Part shown: positions 10,023 through 18,995 of the stretch, one piece after another | How the letters are laid out: every line of letters starts with the position of its first letter | Position numbering within the stretch: position 1 is the first letter of the stretch | Source of the DNA: Patescibacteria group bacterium | GTDB taxonomy: Bacteria; Patescibacteriota; Microgenomatia; UBA1400; PJMF01 | DNA: 64,000 bases | Direction: 5' to 3' | Assembly: GCA_041747555.1 (NCBI GenBank) | Contig: JBGTEY010000011.1 | Span: 118,274-182,273, forward strand | Translations under genes and position numbers: made by a program | Notes under the pieces: model-generated | The model's input: the letters and a program-made list of their open reading frames with translations, nothing else | Database searches by the model: none | What the model was told of the DNA's origin: nothing

Positions 10023-10385
10023 ATGGGTGCCCAAGAATTTCTACAATCTCAAAAACAAATCATTTTCGCGCAACAAAATATTTTTGAAACAATCCGTATT
10101 TTAACTCACCAAAAATTTCCAAACCCCTTCCCAGCCGATGAAGCTGTGACTGCAATTCGCAAGATTACCGACCACGGATTGATTATTTATCCCACTTTTG
10201 AAACTCAGGAGTTGGCGCTGGAACTAGTTCAAAAATATAATGTCACAGGTGCAGAGGTATTTGATGCGTATTTAGTCGCAACAGCTCTCAGCAATAAAAT
10301 TCGAGAACTTGCAACGGATAATATTAAGCACTTACAGAAGTATGAAGAAATTAGCGTACGTAATCCGTTTGAAATTTTTACGTAA
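10023..10385 (+). CDS. PIN-domain-like protein (VapC-like C-terminal motifs), orphan
   Basis: DAYLVATAL...TDN motifs resemble distal PIN acidic residues; no N-terminal Asp motif and no antitoxin upstream. Confidence 0.35.
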   Translation: MGAQEFLQSQKQIIFAQQNIFETIRILTHQKFPNPFPADEAVTAIRKITDHGLIIYPTFETQELALELVQKYNVTGAEVFDAYLVATALSNKIRELATDNIKHLQKYEEISVRNPFEIFT

Positions 10386-10884
10386 GTGCCACTCGTTCTA
10401 CAACTTCCCACTCTTTTGGATCTCCAGAATCTGCTCTGACAATAGTAATTGCTCTCGCCTCGAATGCTTTATTTTTCACGGTAATTTCTTGAGCAATCCG
10501 CACCCTTTCTGTCATATCAAAATCACCATAGACCAAACTTGCGTGCGGCATAAAAACGTGTGGATCTTGAAAATTCAACGCAGTTCTCAGCTTCAAATGT
10601 GCGTCGAGCAGTGAAGCACTTGTTTTAAGTCTGGCAAAAACACACTGAAAATAGGTCGTACTACACTCAACGTCACCAATTTCGAGCACAAACGGAGACA
10701 TATTCTGTGCGGCTTCGGTGACTGCTGCAACTACTTGCTCATCAGTGGACTCCACAGGTCCGTGCAGCGTCATATGTGGAGTAAAAGTAGGAGAGCCTGT
10801 TTTTTGAGCAAATTCAGAAATTATTGTTTCAAATTCTTGGTAGACGTTGTTCTCTGGTACAAGCCACAAACTGTATTTTTTCAT
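10378..10884 (-). CDS. 2H phosphoesterase superfamily protein (LigT / cyclic phosphodiesterase-like)
   Basis: Two H-x-T/S-x motifs (PHMTLHG and PHASLVY) in 168 aa. Confidence 0.6.
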   Translation of the reverse strand: MKKYSLWLVPENNVYQEFETIISEFAQKTGSPTFTPHMTLHGPVESTDEQVVAAVTEAAQNMSPFVLEIGDVECSTTYFQCVFARLKTSASLLDAHLKLRTALNFQDPHVFMPHASLVYGDFDMTERVRIAQEITVKNKAFEARAITIVRADSGDPKEWEVVERVALT

Positions 10885-10890
10885 AAAACC

Positions 10891-12642
10891 TTACTTGGAT
10901 TCCTCACCCACCGCATATATTATTTCATCCTCAGACTCAAAAACCTCCTCGGCATTTGTTTTCTCCCGCCATTCAGATAGTGTCCCTGATTGCGTTGCCG
11001 TGAGTTTCTCTGTATGAATCCTGAGCAGCTCCACATTTCTTTTTTCTAATAATTCCTGGAATGCCTCAGTGTTGGTTGTGTTCAGACTCTCGTCTACAGA
11101 AATATGATATTCGTTGTACGCATCCGGAGAATACCCGCTGTAGCCATTCACTACATTGCAGTTATGATCTGTGGCATCGATCACAATGCCTGTCCAGTGC
11201 TGGAGCATCATGAAAATTCCTCTGCCGTCGCCATATGGATTGTATAAAATTGGATACTCAAGAAGGACCGAAGCGTCGTCGCAGAGTGGTTTGAGATGGG
11301 TACTGATCGCTCTTTCTGGTGTGGCGGGCTCAAAGGTGCGATTCACGGGGAGTGCTTCTGCAAAATAAACGAGCAACACAAGCCCTATTACTGGTGCGTG
11401 CCATTTTACATCTATTTTTTTCAATACTTTTTTCAGGCCTAGAAGCGCAAAGAAAATCACACCAATAAAAAACAATAATGACCAACGGGATGTTGCACGA
11501 ATCGGCTCAAATATCGGAATAAATTTTAATAAAACTGCATACGGTAACGGCGGACCAATATACACCGAACCTACCCGCAGACGTGGTCCCAGAGAGAAAA
11601 TAAGTCCTGAAATTGCCAGCGCCAGGAAAAATAATGTCGAGCGATTCATTGGCAACCCAATTCCAAACTGCAGTGGTTTTTTCTTCTTGAAAATAACAAA
11701 ATTCCACACCGCCAGCGCACTCAAGATAAATGTTGGGAAAAATCCCCCGGCCGCTGTTGCTAGTAATCGATTCCATCGCTGGAAAAGTGCAGTGTTAGAA
11801 AGCACACTTTGGTAACTCGAGTTTGAAACATAGTCAAAAATACTTGCAGAATAATTCACATACTCACCAAAATCCCGCTTCGCATCATAAAATTGCCGTA
11901 CTGCATAATATTTATACATAAACGGACCTGCCAAAACAGCAACTGTCAGTACAAATATGCTCCCCCACCGCAACCAAGTTTTCCAATTTTTCGCAAAATC
12001 CTCGCGCTCCGCCAAAAGTTGCACCAACGCCCAAATTCCAATACAGTACATCAAGAAAATCGACAAATATACGCTTGAAACAAAGGTCACGCTCGTCCAA
12101 AACCCAAGCCAAAACGGCTGCCACTTCCCCCATTTATTATTGAGTAGGTGCGAAAATCCAAACAAAAATGGCCACAGCGTGATCATTTGGTAATGTGATG
12201 TATTAACAATCACAAACGGCATAAGTGCCGTGACGAATGCTGCCAACGACAGGAGTGGGCCATCCCAAGTTTTCCGCCACAAATGCCAACTGGCGATAAA
12301 ATTAAGCAAGAGCGTTATAAAAAACGTGATATTAAATGCGGTAATTATGTTTGGAATAACCAGGTAGATCGGCAGTGCAATCAACGCGCTGGGCAAAAGC
12401 AAATCGCTAAACAGCAACGTATCCTGGAAAGGATAAAAAATATTTGATTGAAAAAACTGCCCCCAGTTCCCCGCCAAAACATGATCCAAATGCTGATCAA
12501 TAATCCAAACAATCAGCGGATAGTCGTTCCAGTCATACAACTGCGTACTGAGATTAAATAGAATTGGACTGAAGAGATAACCAACAACCAGTGCAAAGAG
12601 TAAAAGTGATCCTGCGAGCCAGAGATTTTTTTTGGTTGGCAT
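10891..12642 (-). CDS. polytopic membrane protein, possible GT-C-type glycosyltransferase
   Basis: 583 aa, >10 predicted TM helices in N-terminal two thirds plus C-terminal soluble domain; architecture typical of GT-C/YfhO-like enzymes. Confidence 0.45.
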   Translation of the reverse strand: MPTKKNLWLAGSLLLFALVVGYLFSPILFNLSTQLYDWNDYPLIVWIIDQHLDHVLAGNWGQFFQSNIFYPFQDTLLFSDLLLPSALIALPIYLVIPNIITAFNITFFITLLLNFIASWHLWRKTWDGPLLSLAAFVTALMPFVIVNTSHYQMITLWPFLFGFSHLLNNKWGKWQPFWLGFWTSVTFVSSVYLSIFLMYCIGIWALVQLLAEREDFAKNWKTWLRWGSIFVLTVAVLAGPFMYKYYAVRQFYDAKRDFGEYVNYSASIFDYVSNSSYQSVLSNTALFQRWNRLLATAAGGFFPTFILSALAVWNFVIFKKKKPLQFGIGLPMNRSTLFFLALAISGLIFSLGPRLRVGSVYIGPPLPYAVLLKFIPIFEPIRATSRWSLLFFIGVIFFALLGLKKVLKKIDVKWHAPVIGLVLLVYFAEALPVNRTFEPATPERAISTHLKPLCDDASVLLEYPILYNPYGDGRGIFMMLQHWTGIVIDATDHNCNVVNGYSGYSPDAYNEYHISVDESLNTTNTEAFQELLEKRNVELLRIHTEKLTATQSGTLSEWREKTNAEEVFESEDEIIYAVGEESK

Positions 12643-12662
12643 GGGGGTAGTATATACCTGCC

Positions 12663-13190
12663 CTACTTAATCTCAATATTCCCCTCTTCAACCACCCACG
12701 GCATCCAAGGCGTTTCGCACTCATCACCGTCACAGAGTTGGACGGAAAATATGTCAAAATATGGATTTGGATCAGGATCGTAGTGGTCTTGATCTACCAA
12801 TAGGATTTTTGCTCGTAAATTTGCAGAGGACGTGGCAGTGCCGTATCGAATAAATGCAGGTCCCTCGACTAATGCCGTAGTGCCGCTCCATTGGACAGCA
12901 TCAACTCTCACACCAAGACTTGAAATAGGTGCATCAGGGGAAAGAGTTTTTACTGAAATACTACCTGTGTTGCCCGTGGTTTGGGTTCTTTTATTGGCCA
13001 CATACTCAAATACATCAATGTCGAAACTCACGTGCTCAGTCACGCCCTGACCAACAACTTCTCTGGTTTTCTGCCGAGCGGCAACATCAGTTTGTGTGCG
13101 TTCACCTCCAGAGACGAGTCGCATCGACATGAGTCCGGCAGTCATCACCACACCAACTGTAGCTAGGGTCATAAAATCTTTTTTTGTCAT
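12663..13190 (-). CDS. secreted/membrane-anchored hypothetical protein
   Basis: N-terminal signal/anchor (MTLATVGVVMTAGLMSM); no recognised domain. Confidence 0.4.
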   Translation of the reverse strand: MTKKDFMTLATVGVVMTAGLMSMRLVSGGERTQTDVAARQKTREVVGQGVTEHVSFDIDVFEYVANKRTQTTGNTGSISVKTLSPDAPISSLGVRVDAVQWSGTTALVEGPAFIRYGTATSSANLRAKILLVDQDHYDPDPNPYFDIFSVQLCDGDECETPWMPWVVEEGNIEIK

Positions 13191-13264
13191 GGGTGCCTTT
13201 CTTGTTGAAATTACTATAGCAGTTGCTGGCAGAATGAGAAATAACCACGGGGTATCTTTTTCAG

Positions 13265-13681
13265 CTATTTTTCACCATTCGCAGCGTAACGTTCGTAGAT
13301 TTTATCTGCAATCTCATGCAAGGACATTTCGCTCAGATTAGTATACAACCCTGTCCTCAGTTTTTGCTTAAACTGTTCTGTGAGCTTATTGTTTTGGTCT
13401 AAGCCGTCAAGAATTTCTCTAAAGTCCAAATCGAAAATCGCAGAAAGTTGCACTAACATTTCTCCTGTGCGTCCAGCTCCAGGACCTTCAGCCTTTTTTA
13501 TCTTAATTCGTTGCACAATATCGTCAAAGACTTTTGAATCATTCGCAAATAAATCTAGCAACCAACCACACAATACGGTCCTACTCCCCAATCTCCTTTT
13601 CTCATTTTCAACTTGCCTTCCAACTTCGTCAGCGGCTGCAATTTTTGCTATTTCTAATAGTTCGCTGGTTTCTTCTGACAT
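13265..13681 (-). CDS. hypothetical protein
   Basis: 138 aa ORF, helical, no recognised motif. Confidence 0.35.
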   Translation of the reverse strand: MSEETSELLEIAKIAAADEVGRQVENEKRRLGSRTVLCGWLLDLFANDSKVFDDIVQRIKIKKAEGPGAGRTGEMLVQLSAIFDLDFREILDGLDQNNKLTEQFKQKLRTGLYTNLSEMSLHEIADKIYERYAANGEK

Positions 13682-13747
13682 AATTCCATCAATAATAGCA
13701 TTCTTTTATTACTTGAATCAAAGTACAGAAAACAAGGATGTTGAAAC

Positions 13748-14344
13748 TTAAGCTGCTAATCGCTCCTCTATCAACACCGCTAGAGGTTTGTAACTCAGTT
13801 GCTCATCACTTAAATTCAATACCTGCTTGTGTTTGGCAATGCGTTGCTTGACGTATTCAAGATCTGATCCATCAATCTCCATTTCACCAGTCCAACCCAA
13901 GAGATCAGTTTCCTCAGCACAAAACTCGAGTTCTTGATCTGTATCTTGCCAGACATACCCTTGTTTTTTTTGAATGTGATACGCTTCTCTGAAGCCAAAA
14001 TCGGTGAGAACCTGCCGACATTCCTCCAAACTTCCTTCAAAAATATTTTTCTTACCTTCCGGATACAGAGACCGCTTGAATGAAAATCCATCTTCGTGCT
14101 TCACCTCATCTTTCGTGAGATAGATGGCTGTTGCTAAATGTGGTTTCTCCCAAACGCGAATCCGCACGGTCTTTTCCAGACTATTCCATGCTCCGGAGAC
14201 TGGTTTGTAGTAGTGATCGGTAAATGCGTATTCTTTTATTACTTTTAAGTTTAGGGAATCTACTAATTGTCGAAAAATATTTATATCGGGAATGCTAAAT
14301 CTGACTTCGGTTTCGAATGGTTTGTTTTGTGTGAGGTTGCCCAT
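13748..14344 (-). CDS. CYTH-domain protein (triphosphatase / CyaB-like)
   Basis: N-terminal ETEVRF (ExExK-like), RIR (RxR), C-terminal EMEID (ExExE-like) motifs arranged as in CYTH domains. Confidence 0.5.
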   Translation of the reverse strand: MGNLTQNKPFETEVRFSIPDINIFRQLVDSLNLKVIKEYAFTDHYYKPVSGAWNSLEKTVRIRVWEKPHLATAIYLTKDEVKHEDGFSFKRSLYPEGKKNIFEGSLEECRQVLTDFGFREAYHIQKKQGYVWQDTDQELEFCAEETDLLGWTGEMEIDGSDLEYVKQRIAKHKQVLNLSDEQLSYKPLAVLIEERLAA

Positions 14345-14372
14345 AGGGTAGAAAATGTTGTAACTAATTGAC

Positions 14373-14681
14373 TTAGGTATAGTTGAACATTACAAAAAAA
14401 AGTAGGCATAAACTAGCTATGAGTATCAGCAATACCCTGATATCTTTACTTTTATTTTTCATCTTCAAAAGTCTGCGCACCCTTAAAACAATTGCTATAA
14501 AAAGCATGATGACTATCGGCCAAAAAAGATATGCGAGTATTAAAAGCAAATAATTAATCAACACACCAGGCCCGCAAAGCTGCATCAAGAGAATTGTTTC
14601 AGTGATAGAACCTGAAACACGATGACACAAAGACATCTCCACGGGCATATTTGCAATAGTTTCAGGAGATATCTGTGTCAT
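14373..14681 (-). CDS. small hypothetical membrane protein
   Basis: 102 aa with two hydrophobic helices. Confidence 0.3.
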   Translation of the reverse strand: MTQISPETIANMPVEMSLCHRVSGSITETILLMQLCGPGVLINYLLLILAYLFWPIVIMLFIAIVLRVRRLLKMKNKSKDIRVLLILIASLCLLFFVMFNYT

Positions 14682-14782
14682 AGATACAACAATAGCAGTT
14701 ATGAGTTGGAATTGTAAGTTTTTGGTTACCTAATTTGAACACTCCACACGTTTGTGCAGGGAATAGTAGAGGATGTTGGAAA

Positions 14783-15061
14783 CTATTTATACACTTGTTC
14801 ATGAGTTCCAAAACTAAAAAAGACAATCTTAGTCAGGTTTTTATCTTGCTCATAGTAATAAAGCAATCGATAGGTCATATCTATAGAAACACTCCAACTT
14901 TCTTTTTGCCCTCCACTCAATTTGTGAAGACGTAATGATGGGTGATCTGGATTCTGACCAAATAACACCAATTTCTTTTGAATTTTTGCAAATAACTGAG
15001 CATCACTTTTTTTAACTTTTTGTAATAGTTTCAGGCATTTAGGAGAAAACGAAACTTCCAT
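14783..15061 (-). CDS. type II toxin, RelE/ParE superfamily
   Basis: 92 aa; HPSLRLHKLSG...W..SI...YRLLY pattern of RelE/YoeB-like mRNA interferases; 2 nt downstream of antitoxin stop. Confidence 0.7.
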   Translation of the reverse strand: MEVSFSPKCLKLLQKVKKSDAQLFAKIQKKLVLFGQNPDHPSLRLHKLSGGQKESWSVSIDMTYRLLYYYEQDKNLTKIVFFSFGTHEQVYK

Positions 15062-15063
15062 TT

Positions 15064-15324
15064 CTATAAATCCTGGAGCAACTGATTAACGTTATTAGTC
15101 TGAACTAACTCCCCAGCTTTTTCTGCTTCGACTGCCTCTCGAAGATCATTAACTGATCGGTCCGACATTTCAAAAACAGGGTAGTCTACATCCTGAACAT
15201 CATTTATCACTAAATTTCTGATGTAAGCTGATAAACTAAGACCGTATTTATTAGCTTTGGTCTGTAAGTAACCTTGTAATTGCACAGGTAGTGTAACTCT
15301 TATTTGAGTAGTTTGTGTTTGCAT
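15064..15324 (-). CDS. type II antitoxin (ribbon-helix-helix-like)
   Basis: 86 aa; IRVTLPVQLQGYLQ...LSLSAYIRNLV typical RHH/ParD-like antitoxin N-terminus; paralogous to 24657..24932. Confidence 0.65.
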   Translation of the reverse strand: MQTQTTQIRVTLPVQLQGYLQTKANKYGLSLSAYIRNLVINDVQDVDYPVFEMSDRSVNDLREAVEAEKAGELVQTNNVNQLLQDL

Positions 15325-15390
15325 AAGGCTATTATATGCATAAATGAGTCATTTATCAAGTACAAAAGAAGGCTATTCTATGTATTTTGC

Positions 15391-15463
15391 AGGGCCGGAG
15401 GGATTCGAACCCCCACGAGAGGTTTTGGAGACCTCCATGCTAACCATTGACATCACGGCCCTA
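15391..15463 (-). tRNA. tRNA-Trp (anticodon CCA)
   Basis: Cloverleaf on minus strand: acceptor AGGGCCG/CGGCCCT, anticodon stem GAGGT/ACCTC with loop CTCCAAA, T-arm GGGGGTTCGAATCCCTC; CCA 3' end not encoded. Confidence 0.85.
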
Positions 15464-15601
15464 TTTTCTGGTGTGCTTGAGGGAATCAAGCATGACCACT
15501 GTTGCATTATACGTTGCCAATGCTCCTCGAGCAATTGACGTTCGGGTGATGCGTCACTACTTGCTCCCCGCCCTCAAGTCAGCTACTATATACCTACTGC
15601 C

Positions 15602-16930
15602 ATGCCTGAACTGTACGATCCAATTCTTGTACAAACACTCAAAAAAGACCGTCAATTCCTCGAGGAAACCGATGTTCCGATCGTCACGGTTTCTGCATCG
15701 TTTAAAGAAGACCTCAAAGGTTTTCAGGGCTATCCAGAGGTAGAAACCATCCCAGATGTTGTTTTTTCCCGCGCGCACTACTCGATGGCAGTCGCGGTTG
15801 CTACAGAAATTTGGAAATCCACAATCAATCCCAAAAAAGCCTGGGTGGTTGACCCCACCAATCACGTTTCGCACGACAACTGGTCCACGATTGTCTTGAC
15901 AGAAACTATCGGAAAAACACTCGCCCGCAACCCAATCCTCAAGCTTCTCAAAGATTTTGTAGACACATTTGCTCGCCAAAAACTGCCAATCCTCGACGGC
16001 ATCACCCCACCACTTCTCTATTTAACCGAAAAAATACCAAAAAATAAGACAATTTTGTCTTTGCATATAGCCGCGGGCAATATTTTGGCTGCCCAGGGGA
16101 AAAAAGTCGTCCAAGTCATCACCGATCCCCACGTCCGCCCCGAGTACGTCGATCACGCTGCACTTTCCAGCATGGAGTACTGCGTCTTTGACGAACCTAC
16201 CAAATTAGAATTCCTCGAGATTGCGGCCGTCAGAAACATCAAAGCCGACCCGAACCGTATCCACGTCACCGGCCCCCCGATCGATCCCCGCATTATTCGC
16301 GCACGAGCTAAAAAACACCCGTGGCGCAGTGGTCCGCTCAAACTCTGTATCACCACCGGCGGCCTCGGCACCAACAAACAAGAGATCACCAAGCTCTTGG
16401 ACCAACTCTTACCCGAGCTCCGTCGCCGACCGTCCAAGTTTCAGATCCTCGTCTACGCCTCCACCCACCTCGATATACACGACCTTGTGCTCGAACTCGC
16501 AGAAAAGCACCGTGTATCAATTTCAAGTGACATGGACAAATCTGCAAAATTACGCCTACTTTACCACCCCCAAATCGTCGACGCCAACGAACTTTTGATC
16601 GAATACGGCTTCCCGTGGGCACACGGATTCATCACCAAGCCATCGGGAGACATGGCATATGACGCCGCGGCTTCGGGTAGTTTCTTGCTAACACTTCCTG
16701 AATGGGGCGTGTGGGAGGAACACATTAGAGAAATTTTTGAACAAAAAAGCATCGCCCGCGAGGCCCGAATCGACGCTATCGTGCCGCAACTTAATGTTTT
16801 GATGTCTTCTGCGGGAAAATCTCAGTCTTGGATTGAGAAAGCACAGCACAACGCGCTCAGACTTGAGTCGTTATTCTTGGATGGAACCAAAGAGATTGTG
16901 AAACTTATTTCAACTTCTTCGAAAGCGTGA
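15602..16930 (+). CDS. glycosyltransferase, MGDG-synthase/UgtP (GT28)-like
   Basis: 442 aa; C-terminal GFITKPSGDMAYDA resembles the ITKPGG motif of processive diacylglycerol glycosyltransferases. Confidence 0.45.
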   Translation: MPELYDPILVQTLKKDRQFLEETDVPIVTVSASFKEDLKGFQGYPEVETIPDVVFSRAHYSMAVAVATEIWKSTINPKKAWVVDPTNHVSHDNWSTIVLTETIGKTLARNPILKLLKDFVDTFARQKLPILDGITPPLLYLTEKIPKNKTILSLHIAAGNILAAQGKKVVQVITDPHVRPEYVDHAALSSMEYCVFDEPTKLEFLEIAAVRNIKADPNRIHVTGPPIDPRIIRARAKKHPWRSGPLKLCITTGGLGTNKQEITKLLDQLLPELRRRPSKFQILVYASTHLDIHDLVLELAEKHRVSISSDMDKSAKLRLLYHPQIVDANELLIEYGFPWAHGFITKPSGDMAYDAAASGSFLLTLPEWGVWEEHIREIFEQKSIAREARIDAIVPQLNVLMSSAGKSQSWIEKAQHNALRLESLFLDGTKEIVKLISTSSKA

Positions 16931-17108
16931 AGTCAGAGTGAGCTCTGCACACTTTGCAGTATTTTTTGATGGGAAATGTGTCCTCACCAGAAGTCTGCTT
17001 CTTGAGACGCTCGTTGTTTTTATTGTATTCAGTGATGTAGCCGAACGCACCACAGGTCATGCATTTGAGTCCTGCTGCTTGTCGTGGTCCTTTTTTTGCT
17101 TTTGCCAT
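16905..17108 (-). CDS. rpmG: 50S ribosomal protein L33 (zinc-ribbon type)
   Basis: 67 aa; C-x-x-C ... ERL..KK ... KKYCKVCRAH pattern matching L33 (CxxC...KKYCxxCxxH). Confidence 0.7.
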   Translation of the reverse strand: MAKAKKGPRQAAGLKCMTCGAFGYITEYNKNNERLKKQTSGEDTFPIKKYCKVCRAHSDFTLSKKLK

Positions 17109-17223
17109 AGTGTCTTTCTATTTCAAGAGTATGAAGTATACCAGATGGTCTAATTTTTTGCTATTGAGAAAAATGCTAAAGTGATATGCTAGTATGATCA
17201 ATAAATAAGGAGTCAAATCAAGC

Positions 17224-17565
17224 ATGAAAAATAAAAAAACTGAAGGTACTAAAAAAACATCTCCCGTCGACGGTTTCATAAGCTTTATCCGCGAACAAGG
17301 AGTAATGGGACTAGCCGTTGGATTTCTCTTGGGAGGCGCGGTGTCTAAAGTCGTGACATCTCTGGTAACCGACATTATCAATCCAATTCTAGGCATTTTT
17401 CTGGGGTCAACTGAGAATTTATCAGCTGCCGCGCTGTCCGTCGGGCCAATTGAGATTCGTTTTGGAAGTTTTTTGACCGTTTTGATCGATTTTATTGTGA
17501 TTGCGCTGGTGGTGTATTTTGGGGTGAAGGGGTTGAAGTTGGATCAGATTGATAAGAAGGAGTGA
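17224..17565 (+). CDS. mscL: large-conductance mechanosensitive channel
   Basis: FIREQGVMGLAVGFLLGGA...VTDIINPI signature, two TM helices, 113 aa. Confidence 0.85.
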   Translation: MKNKKTEGTKKTSPVDGFISFIREQGVMGLAVGFLLGGAVSKVVTSLVTDIINPILGIFLGSTENLSAAALSVGPIEIRFGSFLTVLIDFIVIALVVYFGVKGLKLDQIDKKE

Positions 17566-17830
17566 GATTTGATACCAAAAACTACTTGCAAGAATGTAAA
17601 AACAGATTCATTTGCTGTATTATATGAGATGAATTGTAATTTACTAAGGAAAATATGTTTGAATCTAAAACAGGCCCAACACAAGATGCTCCTCCTCTTA
17701 AAGACAGACTCCTTAGGATTCCCCATATGGGAGAAGTACCTATTGAAAGCAATTCAGCACTCATAAACAGAGCACTCAATCGCATAGATGCGGTAAAGCT
17801 ATTCTCTTTCCCCCACTTAATGGAGACCAA

Positions 17831-18220
17831 TTGAGACAGATTCCCAATATTGCAACGCTGGAGGGTGTATATGCAGACATCTTGTCAGCGTGCCAGAGTG
17901 GATTCTTTGTGGTGGAAAAAGTCAGTACTACAGAGGAAAAAGAAGCTTTGGAACAACTTCAATTGAAAGCAGAATCATTAAAAACAAACACACTCAATTT
18001 GCTGAAAGATTATCTTAAAAGCAAAAAGAAACGGACAAGTAAAGCTGAAAAGCTTCCTGTACAACCACCTGCTGAAATTGATGGGACCGCAGATTGGAAG
18101 CGAGGAATCTCCATTGGGTCTATGATAAACAAAATCAATACTCAAGCACATGAACTTTTTCAGTTCCTTCCAAAAACAGTTATCATGGCACCTGAGCAGC
18201 CAGAAACAACTAATCTCTGA
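17831..18220 (+). CDS. hypothetical protein
   Basis: 129 aa ORF ending exactly at the 3' end of the convergent tRNA-Thr; low-complexity, unsupported by motifs. Confidence 0.3.
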   Translation: MRQIPNIATLEGVYADILSACQSGFFVVEKVSTTEEKEALEQLQLKAESLKTNTLNLLKDYLKSKKKRTSKAEKLPVQPPAEIDGTADWKRGISIGSMINKINTQAHELFQFLPKTVIMAPEQPETTNL

Positions 18221-18293
18221 GCCATCTCGGGGATTCGAACCCCGGACCTCCTGTTTACAAAACAGGCGCTCTAACCAACTGAGCTAAGATGGC
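18220..18293 (-). tRNA. tRNA-Thr (anticodon TGT)
   Basis: Minus-strand cloverleaf GCCATCT..AGATGGC, anticodon loop TTTGTAA, T-arm CGGGGTTCGAATCCCCG. Confidence 0.85.
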
Positions 18294-18327
18294 ATGGACC
18301 ATTTAAGTGGTCGATTCTCTCAAACTG

Positions 18328-18410
18328 TGCCAGGTGAAGGATTCGAACCTACGAAGGCGTAAGCCAGCAGATTTACAGTCTGCCCCCGTTGACCGCTTGG
18401 GTAACCTGGC
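18328..18410 (-). tRNA. tRNA-Tyr (anticodon GTA)
   Basis: Minus-strand cloverleaf GCCAGGT..ACCTGGC, anticodon loop CTGTAAA, long variable arm, T-arm GGTTCGAATCC. Confidence 0.85.
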
Positions 18411-18421
18411 GTGGTGTGGTG

Positions 18422-18552
18422 TGATTGAAATGGCTTTATTAGAGTTGCGCTCAGCAACACTTCGCTTGGGGAATGTCTCTCCTCTTCGCTTCAATATCTT
18501 CTAGTTTTCCTGTCGAGACATTCAACAAACTCTAATAAAACCATTTCAATCA
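18422..18552. repeat. 131-bp element with 25-bp near-perfect terminal inverted repeats (MITE-like or structured RNA)
   Basis: TGATTGAAATGGCTTTATTAGAGTT (18422-18446) vs reverse complement of AACTCTAATAAAACCATTTCAATCA (18528-18552), 24/25 match; nested 9-bp inverted repeat GAATGTCTC/GAGACATTC. Confidence 0.4.
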
Positions 18553-18585
18553 CCGGCGACACAGTATTCGTTTTAAAAGAGCTTG

Positions 18586-18657
18586 AGCCCAGGGAGGGAA
18601 TCGGACCCTCGACCTCCATCTTACCAAGATGGCGTTCTGCCACTGAACTACCTGGGC
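18586..18657 (-). tRNA. tRNA-Thr (anticodon GGT)
   Basis: Minus-strand cloverleaf GCCCAGG..CCTGGGC, anticodon loop TTGGTAA; T-loop TCCGATT slightly atypical. Confidence 0.75.
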
Positions 18658-18995
18658 AGTGGCTGCGTGTTGGCGAATGTGAGGTTGCGCAGCTCGTACC
18701 GTTTGCCACTCAAAAATCACTTCGTTTATTCACGATTAACAAAGCAATAGTATACCATCTGGAAAGAAATAATTGACAGCCAAGTGTGAGAGGCACTCCT
18801 TTCCCCCCGAATATCAGGTGGGTAGGATGTCCGGCACACCACAGTGTGACAGAACGCTCCATTGCCCGTTGGCAAAGTGTTGAGGAAAATGCTGTTACCC
18901 CCCACACTTGACTGTAAATGTTGTGCGTATAGTCAGTATACTATATTTTTTTGTTGAGAATTGTTTGAGAAAATGAGTATTTGTTGAAGCAGTGT

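Noticed and set aside
16153-16622. Cluster of Arg/Pro/Ala-rich ORFs in several frames inside the GT28-like gene
   Set aside because: Reflect a locally GC-richer stretch of the glycosyltransferase gene; overlapping frames with no coherent protein features
18411-18585. Possible tRNA-Gly or SRP (4.5S) RNA between tRNA-Tyr and tRNA-Thr(GGT)
   Set aside because: No T-loop (GGTTCGA-like) or cloverleaf present, and no GNRA-capped helix-8-like motif (AGCAG / GGAA) expected for SRP RNA; the long perfect inverted repeat fits a MITE or spacer hairpin better
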